A stretch of 64,000 bases of DNA. It comes from a virus. The first letter of the stretch is position 1. Every line of letters begins with the position of its first letter. The stretch spans positions 8,958 through 72,957 of IMG/VR virus record IMGVR_UViG_3300000271_000010; one strand, written 5' to 3'. Shown piece by piece: positions 51,893-60,850 of this stretch. The notes beneath the pieces were generated by a model, which saw nothing but the letters and a program-made list of their open reading frames with translations, did not search any database and was not told the DNA's origin. The translations under genes and the position numbers were made by a program.

Positions 51893-51963
51893 GCGGTCTG
51901 TGCCAGCAGATACAAGACTGCTACGGTAAGAAGCGCGAAGTGAATTTTCTGAATGGTGTTCAT
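51889..51963 (-). CDS. 24-aa hydrophobic peptide
   Basis: MNTIQKIHFALLTVAVLYLLAQTA*; SD GAGGAG; first gene after cassette; ATGA overlap. Confidence 0.6.
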   Translation of the reverse strand: MNTIQKIHFALLTVAVLYLLAQTA

Positions 51964-51994
51964 TAGCGATCGTCTCCTCTGTTGCTGTGCGACT

Positions 51995-52023
51995 CGTCTA
52001 GGACAAATCTTCCGCTTCGTCAA
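51995..52023 (-). promoter_or_regulatory. Repeated boxed promoter cassette
   Basis: TTGACG-AAGC-GGAAGATTTGTCC-TAGAC. Confidence 0.85.
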
Positions 52024-52026
52024 GCA

Positions 52027-52233
52027 TCAAAGATTATCCTCATAGTCGTCGATCTGCTCCAGCAATTCAGCCCACGTCGCGGCGGTGAATTGCAGGCAGT
52101 CGAGATCGGGGCCGCCGAGACAGGCACAGTAGCCTTCGCCGGTCCAGTATTCGTGCTGCCACGAATAGACAGCTTCCCAGCCGCGATACCAGACCGCTTC
52201 CTCGCCAATCGGTTCGCGTGGGTGGTCGGTCAT
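52027..52233 (-). CDS. Hypothetical protein
   Basis: ATGA overlap. Confidence 0.65.
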   Translation of the reverse strand: MTDHPREPIGEEAVWYRGWEAVYSWQHEYWTGEGYCACLGGPDLDCLQFTAATWAELLEQIDDYEDNL

Positions 52234-52706
52234 ACCTTAGCTACCTGCCGGCAGTCCTGTTGGAGTTCCGCAAGACCAGCCATGAGATCATCAACAACGG
52301 CACCAACATCCTCTTCGTCGAAGTGAGGCAGCAGCGTCTTGGTAATCATCTGCCGTAGCGGATCGACCGTCTCCGTCTCCGTAATCATTCCGCGATCACG
52401 GAGCCACTTGATCTTGTCTTCGATCGATGTAGGGTCCAACCAGTCACGCCACATAGCCTCGCTAAGAGTCCGACCATCAGCGATGGCGTCCAACATTTGG
52501 CGTTCCTTGAAGACCGTCCAGTCGCGATATGCGACGATGCACAGATGGAGTTGATTGGGCCAATCGCGCCATACCGACGGGCTCGCTTCTTCGATGCGCC
52601 GTTCGGTTGTTCCGTCCCCCCATCTTATCTCTACGTCGTGTCCCTTAGGAACGGGACACACAGGGCTTCCGTTATGCTTGATCCATCCGGGTTCTCTAGG
52701 CGTCAT
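52230..52706 (-). CDS. Hypothetical protein
   Basis: WIKHNGSPVCPV...IVAYR N-terminal motif; ATGA overlap. Confidence 0.7.
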   Translation of the reverse strand: MTPREPGWIKHNGSPVCPVPKGHDVEIRWGDGTTERRIEEASPSVWRDWPNQLHLCIVAYRDWTVFKERQMLDAIADGRTLSEAMWRDWLDPTSIEDKIKWLRDRGMITETETVDPLRQMITKTLLPHFDEEDVGAVVDDLMAGLAELQQDCRQVAKV

Positions 52707-53344
52707 GCTGCTTCCCCTTTGTATCGTGACTGGGTTGTCTTATATTGGGCTTCCAGTTCGTTCACGGCTTCCATCATGATGCCGATCGTGACCTTACGAT
52801 AGTCTGGGAATGTTCGGGAAAAGCCAGCCCGCTCTTCGTCGGTGTCGGCCCAGCGAACACACATTCGCAAGGTAACCTCGTCGCCGTTGAACTGACAGTC
52901 CATGACGCGCATACCGGTCTTGCCGTGCTTCCCTGCTGTCTTGTGCCAGCGCTTCTGGAAAGCGAATTGGCGATCCGTCCAGTGATAGCGCTCACGGATA
53001 TCGCCTCGCGGCATGAAGGACAGGCCAACGTTCGACCACCAACAAAGTGAACCGTCGTCGAGGCTTTCGATCAGGTAGCGCCTGCTATAGCGGCTCCCTT
53101 CTTCGATCTCACGTAGCCAGCCGATGTTCCACTTCGATGGTGCAGCGGATTCGAGGATCACCAAGTCACCAACTTGGACGGGATGGTCATCATCCAAGAA
53201 GTCGCTTGGGACGAAGCCCTTGGTCGAGGGTGTGTTGCGTCCGTATTGCTTGTCGGGTTCCCAGTTGCGCGTGATGTAGAACGACAGGATGTCGCTCATG
53301 ATCAAGGTCCGGGCCCGGTTGCGGTCGAAGGGTTTGGTCTTCAT
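52703..53344 (-). CDS. Hypothetical protein
   Basis: ATGA overlap. Confidence 0.7.
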   Translation of the reverse strand: MKTKPFDRNRARTLIMSDILSFYITRNWEPDKQYGRNTPSTKGFVPSDFLDDDHPVQVGDLVILESAAPSKWNIGWLREIEEGSRYSRRYLIESLDDGSLCWWSNVGLSFMPRGDIRERYHWTDRQFAFQKRWHKTAGKHGKTGMRVMDCQFNGDEVTLRMCVRWADTDEERAGFSRTFPDYRKVTIGIMMEAVNELEAQYKTTQSRYKGEAA

Positions 53345-53748
53345 TGTGCGGGCTCCGGTGCTGTGTAGGTCAGGCTAAATTGCATCGCCAAGTTACGTGC
53401 GCTTCTCTCGACAGCGTTAAGGAACGAATCCTCACCTACCATGCGTGCAATGCCGGCCGGCTCGTCGTGAAGACGGTTTTGAGCGGCAGTCAAGAACTCC
53501 TTGAGGTCCGTGTCCCAGATCGAAAGCTGGTCAAGCACTACACTGGTGGCTTCCTTCTCGAAGCCCGGCTTGTAAAGCTCATCAGGGATGAGGGCACCAA
53601 GCGCGCATTTGAGACCATCTTCGGTTCGGTAGAGACACTTGTCGATATGATCGAGACGGGCAACCGCCGGCTTGCCTTGCTGGCGCATGTGACCGAGCAT
53701 GGCGTCGAAGAGCTTCTGCTTATCTCGCTCGTAGATTGTGATGTTCAT
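53341..53748 (-). CDS. Family A paralog (A3)
   Basis: QKLFDAMLGHMRQQGKP...CLYR..DGLKCALGALIPD...FL..AQ..LHD. Confidence 0.8.
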   Translation of the reverse strand: MNITIYERDKQKLFDAMLGHMRQQGKPAVARLDHIDKCLYRTEDGLKCALGALIPDELYKPGFEKEATSVVLDQLSIWDTDLKEFLTAAQNRLHDEPAGIARMVGEDSFLNAVERSARNLAMQFSLTYTAPEPAQ

Positions 53749-54158
53749 GCAGGCTCTCCGATCGGCGGGGTATAGATCAGGTTGTAGGTTACAGCGAGGT
53801 GCTTTGCCCCTATTTCCATACACTGTAAGAACGAGCGTTCATTCTGGAAAACAGGGGTTGCCGGGGCGTCGTGCAGGGTGTTTTGTGCGTCGCACAGAAA
53901 ATCGAGGAGTTCATCATCGACATCAAAACCGAGGTCGTCAAAGATAGAACCCAAGGAATGACATTCCAGTTGTGGATCGTATTGATCATCAGGGATCAAC
54001 GCGCCCACCGCACACGCGCATCCATCAACCCCACGATAAGCGCATACCAAGGTTCCAGACGGTAGGGTGATTTGCGAAGGCTTACCTTGCCGGCGCAGGT
54101 GGTTCACCATCGTGTCGAAGGCTTCCTGTATGGTGTAGCTGGTCATCGAGCGACTCAT
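53745..54158 (-). CDS. Family A paralog (A2)
   Basis: QEAFDTMVNHLRRQGKP...CAYR..DG..CAVGALIPD...FL..AQ..LHD. Confidence 0.8.
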   Translation of the reverse strand: MSRSMTSYTIQEAFDTMVNHLRRQGKPSQITLPSGTLVCAYRGVDGCACAVGALIPDDQYDPQLECHSLGSIFDDLGFDVDDELLDFLCDAQNTLHDAPATPVFQNERSFLQCMEIGAKHLAVTYNLIYTPPIGEPA

Positions 54159-54883
54159 TGTGTGGTCTCCGGGGTGATATAGAGGTTACCATAATTGGCA
54201 GGGCGAGGCGGAATGTCCGCAGGCGTCGCAAAGCCAAACATGGGTAAGAAGAACGGCTTTTGATCACGCTCTACCATAAGTTTGTGCCCTTGAATTTCAG
54301 ACGAAGCACCCTCCGCAGCCTCCCGTGCAGCGGGCCACAAAGCGCCTCCCGAAGCATCCCGTGCAGAACCTCCCGCAGCAGACCATGCTGCACGCGCCGA
54401 AGCTTCTCCCACAGCCTCCCGTGCGGCATTTCGTGCCGAAGATACTACACCTACAACATCCCGTGCGGCATTCCGTGCATCAATTACATTACGCCACTCA
54501 CCTGCGGTGTAGTTATCGAACAGCCACCACATATCCAGAAGCTTGTTCCACTGATTTCCCAGCACCTTACCGGGATCGGTCAGAACAATCGACGGAATGC
54601 CATCAGGTTTGTCATTAACGATGCGTAAAAGGATCGAATGGGCGCGGCTGATATTCAATTTTTTCGCCGAAAGCATGTCGAGGTGCGTCTGATACATCTT
54701 GGCGATTTCTTGTGCCGTCGCCTCTCTGGTCAGGAAGAGAACCTGAGCCTGCGCACACATACAGCCCATGTTTTTCGGGTTCGCCGCATATGCATCCAAA
54801 TCAATTTTACCTCCTTTGTAAGGCGTGCCGTCGTCTCTATCCCAACCCGAAATAATTTCTTGGATGGTCTGTGGGGCGGTCAT
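54155..54883 (-). CDS. Hypothetical protein with CMCAQ motif and Ala-rich AR(N/D/E)A repeats
   Basis: GCMCAQAQVL...LRIVND; ARNAARD..ARNAAREA..AAWSAA..ARDA..AAREA. Confidence 0.7.
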   Translation of the reverse strand: MTAPQTIQEIISGWDRDDGTPYKGGKIDLDAYAANPKNMGCMCAQAQVLFLTREATAQEIAKMYQTHLDMLSAKKLNISRAHSILLRIVNDKPDGIPSIVLTDPGKVLGNQWNKLLDMWWLFDNYTAGEWRNVIDARNAARDVVGVVSSARNAAREAVGEASARAAWSAAGGSARDASGGALWPAAREAAEGASSEIQGHKLMVERDQKPFFLPMFGFATPADIPPRPANYGNLYITPETTQ

Positions 54884-55281
54884 TAGACGTTCTCCACAGC
54901 GGCAGCCGGGGCGTAGTGAAGACAGTAGCGCCGCGCGATCTCACGAGCGCCGGTCTCGACCGATGGTAGGTAGTCCCCCAATTTTCCCTGTGCCGGCTGG
55001 TCATGCATGATCAACTGCGCATCGCGAAGGAACTCAGCGGTGGTGTCGCTACCTCCCAGTCGTTCCACCACTGCGTAAGGCCCCATCCCGCAGTCGAAGT
55101 CCGGTTCGTAGAACTCGTCCGGGATCAGAGCGCCGACAGCGCACTTGAGACCAGTGCCGGTCCGGTAGCGGCAGAAGCCGGAGTCCGCCAAGGCAGGAAA
55201 ACGCTGCTTGCGGAGGTGAGCCAGCATGGTGTCGAAGGCCGCTTGGTAGTTGAGGTTGTGGAAAGGTTTGGGGGCATTCAT
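54883..55281 (-). CDS. Family A paralog (A1)
   Basis: QAAFDTMLAHLRKQ..P...CRYR...GLKCAVGALIPD...FL..AQ..MHD; first gene after cassette. Confidence 0.8.
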   Translation of the reverse strand: MNAPKPFHNLNYQAAFDTMLAHLRKQRFPALADSGFCRYRTGTGLKCAVGALIPDEFYEPDFDCGMGPYAVVERLGGSDTTAEFLRDAQLIMHDQPAQGKLGDYLPSVETGAREIARRYCLHYAPAAAVENV

Positions 55282-55311
55282 CGGCTGGTCTCCTGTTGCT
55301 GTTGTGCGAAT

Positions 55312-55340
55312 CGGATAGGATAATTCTTCCTAGTCGTCAA
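55312..55340 (-). promoter_or_regulatory. Repeated boxed promoter cassette
   Basis: TTGACG-ACTA-GGAAGAATTATCC-TATCC; overlaps upstream stop. Confidence 0.85.
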
Positions 55341-55461
55341 CGGTCTTTTTGATGATCTCACAACCCATAGGGCGACCACAGCACATGATGGTCTTCGTCC
55401 AGCTACGGACGGTCTTCTCGCAGTTGCGGCATTGGCGTCGCGGGGCTTTAGGTTCTTTCAT
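55330..55461 (-). CDS. 43-aa Zn-ribbon-like peptide
   Basis: CRNC...CCG. Confidence 0.45.
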   Translation of the reverse strand: MKEPKAPRRQCRNCEKTVRSWTKTIMCCGRPMGCEIIKKTVDD

Positions 55462-55702
55462 GTTCACGCTCGATGACGAACACGTCGTCCTTTGGGTGTT
55501 GGGATTGGATAAAATCACGCCATCTTTCAGCAGTGTCGCGTGCATATTCGCGTGCCGTTTGGCGCGATCGTGGTAGTTCGTTCCATACCTCATCTTCGGG
55601 GATGCAGATCGGACGGCTTTCAATCATAAGACGCAGGCCGGTGCCCCGAGCAGGCATTCGGACCACGTAGAAGCCGGGCTCCATGGTGTAACGTTCGATC
55701 AT
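55448..55702 (-). CDS. Hypothetical protein
   Basis: ATGA overlap. Confidence 0.6.
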   Translation of the reverse strand: MIERYTMEPGFYVVRMPARGTGLRLMIESRPICIPEDEVWNELPRSRQTAREYARDTAERWRDFIQSQHPKDDVFVIEREHERT

Positions 55703-56292
55703 GGTAGCCCTACCGCTTCCTTCGCTATCCGTCGGCAGTCTTCCCGCGACAGTTCAAATCCGTGGCTGGCGATGGTCACCAACGCTTCCTGTAGCTTCAC
55801 GATGATGGCACTCAACGCTTGCTCTTTGTGATTTACTTCGTAAACAACACCCTCTGACAAACCAAGGGCCGCAAGTGCAATGTCCTGTGCCCATTTGAAT
55901 TGCTTGGTAAGGTAGAACTGCTCCGGCTTAGCGATACGCTCTAGGGCAATTCGGAGTTTGGTATACTCAGCTTTTGCTTCCTGTGCTTTCTCGAACCACA
56001 GGCGAGCCTCAGCGGCGTGCTTATGCTTCTCTTCCATCTGCAAGCCGACGGCTTTCACCAAGCGTGCGATCTCCGCTGCTTTGGCGGAGTTCTCGGCGAG
56101 TGCCGTCTGATACTTCGGCAAGTGTTCGGCGTCGAAATCAGCTTTGGCCCGCTCAAGGTATTCAACACGCTCTCGCCAGTAACCAACCTGTTCCCAAGCG
56201 GCTGACTCACCTGCATCAGCCAAGAAGGCAGCAGTTTCCAGTTCGGCGAGGCGGTCTACCCCCTCCGGCTCATTGGTGTCTAACTGGCTCAT
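55699..56292 (-). CDS. Coiled-coil hypothetical protein
   Basis: ATGA overlap; two AL..IA repeats. Confidence 0.7.
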   Translation of the reverse strand: MSQLDTNEPEGVDRLAELETAAFLADAGESAAWEQVGYWRERVEYLERAKADFDAEHLPKYQTALAENSAKAAEIARLVKAVGLQMEEKHKHAAEARLWFEKAQEAKAEYTKLRIALERIAKPEQFYLTKQFKWAQDIALAALGLSEGVVYEVNHKEQALSAIIVKLQEALVTIASHGFELSREDCRRIAKEAVGLP

Positions 56293-56624
56293 CGCTCGTC
56301 TTCCATAAGCACGCGCATACATTCCTTCTGGTCGAGGTGGTTAACCTTACCGTTCTCGAAGCGATAACCCCAATGCTTCCCACGCGCTTCCCCGTCGCCG
56401 GTGAAGATCACCGTTCCGTTCAGCTTGATCTCCTCGAAGAAGGCCAGAGCCCACGGCTCGGTGAGGTAGTCGGCGTGTTCCATAGCGTCACCATCGAACT
56501 CCAGCGGGCCTCCGCCTTCTTCGTAAAGATCATGGTAATTGTCACCAGCTAAATCATTGAATCGCTTGCGGTCTTCGCCATTGATTTCGGTAAAGTTGTA
56601 GACCGTCCAGATGCTCCAGCCCAT
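56289..56624 (-). CDS. Hypothetical protein
   Basis: TAATG overlap. Confidence 0.7.
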   Translation of the reverse strand: MGWSIWTVYNFTEINGEDRKRFNDLAGDNYHDLYEEGGGPLEFDGDAMEHADYLTEPWALAFFEEIKLNGTVIFTGDGEARGKHWGYRFENGKVNHLDQKECMRVLMEDER

Positions 56625-56860
56625 TAGTTTGTTCCTTCGGTTTCTTCGAATTTTGGTGACCCATCCACCCGGATGTTAGCCGGGTTGAAAGGGCAGAGTT
56701 TGCGATCGTCGATCTGCCGGTTTAATTCGTCGCGAAGCGCGATCATACCTTTGTAGGATTCAGCCCATGTGATGCCTTCGGGAATGTGCGTGTCGTCATG
56801 GACATGCCAGTCCACGCCGTCGGTCTCGACCCGTAGGTTCATGGCGATCAATGTCTTCAT
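56624..56860 (-). CDS. Hypothetical protein
   Basis: Tiles operon. Confidence 0.65.
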   Translation of the reverse strand: MKTLIAMNLRVETDGVDWHVHDDTHIPEGITWAESYKGMIALRDELNRQIDDRKLCPFNPANIRVDGSPKFEETEGTN

Positions 56861-56893
56861 GCTACGGCAATGCCGTAGAGGGCCTTAACCATA

Positions 56894-57088
56894 TCAGCGA
56901 AGTCTTTCAGCGAACGCGATGAGATCGGACGCCATGGCGTCCCATTCCTCGACCGCTATAATGAATGGTGTGATGTCATCCCGGACGGTAAGACGACGCT
57001 CCAGTTCGGCTTCTCGCTTTATGTCATGTGCTACGAGCTTGAGGCGAGATTGCCAAGCCTTGATCCAACGTTCGCGTTCAGTTTCCAT
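56894..57088 (-). CDS. Hypothetical protein
   Basis: SD AAGGA. Confidence 0.65.
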   Translation of the reverse strand: METERERWIKAWQSRLKLVAHDIKREAELERRLTVRDDITPFIIAVEEWDAMASDLIAFAERLR

Positions 57089-57115
57089 CTGTATCTGTCC
57101 TTCTATCCGAGATGC

Positions 57116-57385
57116 TCACGTAGGAAACTTCATTAAACGCTGATGGATAACCAGACCAAAAGGGGTGAGGCGCTGGTGTGAGTTGAGATAATCACGGACG
57201 ATCCCGGCCGTAGCTAGGTTGCGGAGAATGCGGCGATCAGCATCAACGTAGTAGCCAGCCGGAAGGTAGGCGTGCCGGTGCTTATAATAGCGAGCGAGCA
57301 TGATGGCTCTCCGCTGTGGCTTGGAGAGCTTCTTCATGGCTGCGAAGACGCTCACAGCCGAATTGGGGTTGGGTGTCATGTTCAT
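57116..57385 (-). CDS. Small basic protein, winged-helix-like end
   Basis: LRNLATAGIV...RLTPFG. Confidence 0.55.
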   Translation of the reverse strand: MNMTPNPNSAVSVFAAMKKLSKPQRRAIMLARYYKHRHAYLPAGYYVDADRRILRNLATAGIVRDYLNSHQRLTPFGLVIHQRLMKFPT

Positions 57386-57645
57386 TCGACGCGCTCCAAC
57401 AAGTCCGGGTTGTAGATGCAGACCTTGGCCGTGTCTCCGTGGGAATCCAACCGGGCTTCGATCGTCGTGGTGTGGGTCACCTCATACGGGTCGCCGAAGA
57501 CCGGGATGTCTTGTTGACGGATGTTCGTGATGACACCTTCTTCCCCTTCGAAGACGCCGTGCATGACCCGGAACCGGGTGCCGATGTCGAAGCCTTGGTC
57601 GAGGACTTGTTGGCGCGTGATGTGAACGACGCGAGGGATTCTCAT
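57382..57645 (-). CDS. KOW-like hypothetical protein
   Basis: GTRFRVMHGVFEGEEGVI; ATGA overlaps. Confidence 0.65.
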   Translation of the reverse strand: MRIPRVVHITRQQVLDQGFDIGTRFRVMHGVFEGEEGVITNIRQQDIPVFGDPYEVTHTTTIEARLDSHGDTAKVCIYNPDLLERVE

Positions 57646-58076
57646 GAAACCGACTCGTAGAAATCCAAGGTATTGATGAACCGGTCGCGAACCGACACGG
57701 CGATCTCGTAGGGCGTGATGTCGTTGCCCGAGTTCATCATGTTCTCGATCACCTTCTCCAATTCCGAGAGGGTCGGGAAGTTGGATTGGGCGATCTCGAC
57801 GCCGCGTTGCAGGGCAGCAAGGGCCATATCGGTTGCGCTCTCATACACATCGTCCCAGTAATCCTGACCTAATTCTTCCGCGATCTCGGTAAGAAATGCA
57901 ACCATCCGATCGGCTGGTTCAAGGAGGATCAAGCCGCGAGTGCGCCATCGCTTCAGTTCTTCTTCCACGAAGTCGGCCGGCGCGTTGACCTTTGCCAACA
58001 GAGCGCGGAAGTCGTCGGCAGTGATCTGGGTGGGAGGTGGTGTATCATCCTCAGCCAGTAGATTTGGTGTAGTCAT
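57642..58076 (-). CDS. Acidic hypothetical protein
   Basis: TAATG overlap. Confidence 0.7.
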   Translation of the reverse strand: MTTPNLLAEDDTPPPTQITADDFRALLAKVNAPADFVEEELKRWRTRGLILLEPADRMVAFLTEIAEELGQDYWDDVYESATDMALAALQRGVEIAQSNFPTLSELEKVIENMMNSGNDITPYEIAVSVRDRFINTLDFYESVS

Positions 58077-58360
58077 TAGCTTCCGCCTCCATGGTCGATA
58101 ATGTGTTGGGCTTGGCCTTCCCGGCCCGTCAGACCCTCTTGGATGACTTCGCGGTTACGCTTCACGGAAACACCAAGGTAGGTCTCGATGTGAAAGTCTT
58201 CGTCCGCAGCGGCGAGGATCGCTTCGGCTTCTTCCTTATGGCGTTCGGCCGATCGGCGGATGATAGCGATCATCTCAGCGGCTGGCACCCGTCCTAGTTC
58301 ACCTATACCAGCACCGCGCCGCAGTCCGGGGAGATGGATCGAAGTCATGCGGATGCTCAT
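58076..58360 (-). CDS. Hypothetical protein
   Basis: ATGA overlap. Confidence 0.65.
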   Translation of the reverse strand: MSIRMTSIHLPGLRRGAGIGELGRVPAAEMIAIIRRSAERHKEEAEAILAAADEDFHIETYLGVSVKRNREVIQEGLTGREGQAQHIIDHGGGS

Positions 58361-58764
58361 GATAGTTGTCCTTCCATCCGCAAGCGGCGCTTGGGATCAA
58401 GCGCGCGGCAGAACTCCACCGCTTCTTTGACATTACTATCGTTCGGGTAGCAAGTGGCGTAGAGAAGCAAGCAGTCGATATGGCCGAATGCTCGGTGCTT
58501 GATGCTCGTGATCTCCTGCCCTTGTTGCATCGCACGAGCGTTCGCGATCAAGGCATTCTTTTCCAGCAAAGCATTTTGCTCAACCAGCGCCTGATATCCA
58601 GCACCTTCGAGAACTGCTTGCGCGAGCCGGCGATAGGTGTCGGCTGCTCCCAGTTGATCGGTGTTACACTCAGGCCAAGGGAACGCGATATGCCAAACAT
58701 CGTCGGCTTCGTAGAGCGCTTTGGCGGCCATCTCGATAATCACCTTCGGAATAGGTGTCGTCAT
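58357..58764 (-). CDS. Hypothetical protein
   Basis: ATGA overlap. Confidence 0.65.
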   Translation of the reverse strand: MTTPIPKVIIEMAAKALYEADDVWHIAFPWPECNTDQLGAADTYRRLAQAVLEGAGYQALVEQNALLEKNALIANARAMQQGQEITSIKHRAFGHIDCLLLYATCYPNDSNVKEAVEFCRALDPKRRLRMEGQLS

Positions 58765-59105
58765 TCTTCTGCTCCCAAGCTGAGGATAAGATGGCGTAGC
58801 CGTGCGACCGCGTTGCACAGCGCCTCGTAGGCTTTGCCATGGTTACCGGCACGGACGTGTTCCCGCGCTTTGGCTTGCTGCTGGAGGAAGAGCATGTCCT
58901 TCTCGATCGCCAATGCCTGTTTGCGGAATTGCGTCAAAGCTTCCTCTTCACCATGTTTTCGGTGTTGAGCGAGAAGATCGATAAGAGCATCCAGCCGGTT
59001 CAGTTCGTTGTTGTCTATCGCCCAGTAGTGGGCATCTTCCATGCTGTCGAACCCTAGGAAGGAAAGAGCGGCGGCTTGATCAAGCGCGTTGACAGGGGCT
59101 TTCAT
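58761..59105 (-). CDS. Hypothetical protein
   Basis: ATGA overlap. Confidence 0.65.
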   Translation of the reverse strand: MKAPVNALDQAAALSFLGFDSMEDAHYWAIDNNELNRLDALIDLLAQHRKHGEEEALTQFRKQALAIEKDMLFLQQQAKAREHVRAGNHGKAYEALCNAVARLRHLILSLGAEE

Positions 59106-59479
59106 TCTTCCGCTCCGCTGACGTGTTCGAGCCCAAATTCCTGTGCCGTGTTTTGGGTCAAGAAGCCTTGGTCATTGATGCGCCAGACGCCGGTTTCTAT
59201 CCGGGTCTGGATGATGTCATTGATCTCTTTATCATTACACATCATATTTCTTTCAGCATCTTGGTTTGCCCGTTCGGTCAGTATTCGTTCGGCTGCGAAG
59301 TGCCATGCTTTCGCATCATCGCGAAAAGGCGCGGTCACCTCCTCTTCGAACTGTGCAAAGACTTCGCCGGTCGTCCGGAAGCCTTTGCGTTCGCGGATCG
59401 TCTTGGCCGTCCCGTGTTGTCCAAGGAACTCCCAGAACTTGGCAGCAGCTTCGATGGCGGCTGGTGAGGGGGTGATCAT
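59102..59479 (-). CDS. Hypothetical protein
   Basis: ATGA overlap. Confidence 0.65.
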   Translation of the reverse strand: MITPSPAAIEAAAKFWEFLGQHGTAKTIRERKGFRTTGEVFAQFEEEVTAPFRDDAKAWHFAAERILTERANQDAERNMMCNDKEINDIIQTRIETGVWRINDQGFLTQNTAQEFGLEHVSGAEE

Positions 59480-59745
59480 TTCTTTTCCTTCCACTTAGCC
59501 GCGCGGCGGCGATCCCGGACCAGCCCCGCGCCCACCCAAAAGAAAGCGTAGGCAACCATGCCGAGTCCATACCCGTTCTCTCCCAGCAGGTAGCCGCTAA
59601 GGAGGATAGGTGAGATTGCAGCGAAAAAAGCCCCCGCAGCAAGCAGAACGACCAGTATGATCTCAATACAGGCAATGATCGTATGAATGAAGAAAGGTAG
59701 GCGGTCACGCCATTCGGTATAGGCGTCAAAGTATTTCCGGATCAT
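59476..59745 (-). CDS. Small 2-TM membrane protein
   Basis: Two hydrophobic segments; ATGA overlap. Confidence 0.65.
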   Translation of the reverse strand: MIRKYFDAYTEWRDRLPFFIHTIIACIEIILVVLLAAGAFFAAISPILLSGYLLGENGYGLGMVAYAFFWVGAGLVRDRRRAAKWKEKK

Positions 59746-60110
59746 GCGCCCGGTGCCAGCATATACTTGGACGCGATGCAAATAACGCTTTCCCAGTCGG
59801 AGTTGTCGAAATACTCTTGGATGGCGCGAGCGTCGGCTTCCTGTTCCTTGGGGATGATGAACGTCCCATCCATCTGGAGAGCTTTGACATCATCCTCACT
59901 TACCATCGGTCGGCCATAATCATCATAGGATTCCCGTGTGCAGCGCTCGTTTTCAAGTTCGAGCCGGAGGGCCAGTTCGTGGCGTTCTGCGGGTGGGATC
60001 AGCACTCCAATGATGCAGGGTGAACCGTAGTTGCAAGACCCGACATGCGGACGTGCTTCTTCCAGAAGTTCCGGGGTGAGGTTGTGGAGATTGATGTGGA
60101 TGGGGTTCAT
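59742..60110 (-). CDS. Family C paralog (C2)
   Basis: INLHNLTPELLEEAR...CNY..PCIIGVLIP...IQEYFD.SDW..V...A.KY. Confidence 0.75.
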   Translation of the reverse strand: MNPIHINLHNLTPELLEEARPHVGSCNYGSPCIIGVLIPPAERHELALRLELENERCTRESYDDYGRPMVSEDDVKALQMDGTFIIPKEQEADARAIQEYFDNSDWESVICIASKYMLAPGA

Positions 60111-60310
60111 AAACCGATGTCCTTGCGATTGCGTGTGACGTGAAACTTGAAAGCATCCCCCACTTTCACCACCAGTTCAGCTATGCTGTTGGCATGGAAG
60201 CAGAAGTTGGGGCTCTCATTGCGCACAGCAAAATAGGTCCCGTCGTCGGCTTTCCGCACCTCAAACAGGTGGTGGGTATCGTGTTCGTAGACGATTGTGG
60301 TGTCAGCCAT
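60107..60310 (-). CDS. Small protein, possibly HicB-like N-terminal fold
   Basis: DDGTYFAV...FHANSIAELVVKVGDA; SD GAGGAG. Confidence 0.5.
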   Translation of the reverse strand: MADTTIVYEHDTHHLFEVRKADDGTYFAVRNESPNFCFHANSIAELVVKVGDAFKFHVTRNRKDIGL

Positions 60311-60446
60311 TTGACTGCTCCTCACATCCCTTGCAGCCGGGATGGCGATACGGTTCTCGCTCTTCGCCGACCGGCTGGGTGCCAGTGTGCGAGCCGACGA
60401 GGGTGAATTGGTAGTTGTCGCGTGGGCGCGTGATGATACGGCTCAT
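60303..60446 (-). CDS. 47-aa peptide
   Basis: ATGA overlap with B6 stop; ends CKGC. Confidence 0.45.
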   Translation of the reverse strand: MSRIITRPRDNYQFTLVGSHTGTQPVGEEREPYRHPGCKGCEEQSNG

Positions 60447-60850
60447 GTTGCTACCTTCGCGAACAGATAAGGAGCCTCGCCGGCTTCTTGAGCAGTGGCG
60501 TTTTCCGGTAGACCATGTGCCATCAGGTAACGAATACGCTTCGCTGCACCGTGCGGTGTGTTATCTACCTCAGACCAGTGACCAGAGAAGCACCAGCACC
60601 ACTCAAGATAAGGGAGTTGGAAGACCCGCTCCGAATATGAATCCCAGTCTTCTCCCTTGTATCCCGGTAAGCCGGCTGCTGGTCCGTGACCGACGGCGCA
60701 AGCTACCGTTCCGCAAGTAAAGTTAGTGGCTTTTTCTGGGAAATACCAATTGTCATCAATGGTGAAATACCAGTCCATCCCGAAGTGATTGTAATCTTCC
60801 GGGAGTTCTTCCAGATAGGAAGCCAGCTTCTCAAGGTTCTCGCGGTTCAT
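60443..60850 (-). CDS. Family B tandem paralog (B6)
   Basis: MNRENLEKLASYLE...HFGM...CGTVACAVGHGPAAG...WCF..HW..VDNTPHGAAKRIR. Confidence 0.9.
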   Translation of the reverse strand: MNRENLEKLASYLEELPEDYNHFGMDWYFTIDDNWYFPEKATNFTCGTVACAVGHGPAAGLPGYKGEDWDSYSERVFQLPYLEWCWCFSGHWSEVDNTPHGAAKRIRYLMAHGLPENATAQEAGEAPYLFAKVAT

